From Eledone cirrhosa (lineage: Eukaryota), in the NCBI GenBank assembly GCA_964016885.1, contig OZ024741.1:265484001-265548000 (forward strand): a stretch of 64,000 bases of DNA. Reading direction: 5' to 3'. The notes beneath the pieces are model-generated. The model did not search any database. It saw only the letters and a list, made by a program, of their open reading frames with translations, and had not been told where the DNA came from. Shown in pieces: positions 63,775 through 64,000 of the stretch. Each line of letters opens with the position of its first letter. The stretch's first letter is position 1. The position numbers and the translations under genes are program-made.

Positions 63775-64000
63775 GATATGTATCTATATATATGATATGT
63801 ATCTATATATATATATCTATATATATATATATATAAGGATTAAAATACTAGAGTGTGTTGGAGTTAAACACCCTCTTCGTATTATAGAAATGACAGTAAA
63901 AGATATAGCTCAATGTAATTAAACAGAGCCGAAGAATTATGAAAATAAAACAAAGAAGCCTTCAATACATCAAAAGTCTTTATTAGCCAACAATGTTTCA

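Overview
AT-rich animal genomic DNA. The repeat content suggests an octopus-like cephalopod, which is an inference and not a database match. The window holds 13 phase-consistent GT-AG coding exons (10468-58983, + strand) of one gene encoding a long Pro/Ser-rich protein with four C-terminal SH3 domains (SH3D19-like, about 1636 codons visible, start codon not found). Introns and flanks are packed with tRNA-type SINEs, RTE/CR1/Tx1/CRE LINE fragments, two DD37D Tc1/mariner copies, piggyBac/Tigger/hAT-like MITEs, a mini-Helitron, several minisatellites and multi-kb compound (TA)n arrays. The most striking signal is a set of Penelope-type, hammerhead-ribozyme-bearing elements sitting in TA microsatellites. 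It comprises one GIY-YIG-coding copy with 0.92-kb inverted arms, about nine small fold-back elements whose symmetry axis often falls at the ribozyme core, and a non-coding ~420-nt retrozyme-like family whose hammerhead stem I shows compensatory changes between copies. All structures were paired by eye. None is experimentally or computationally validated.
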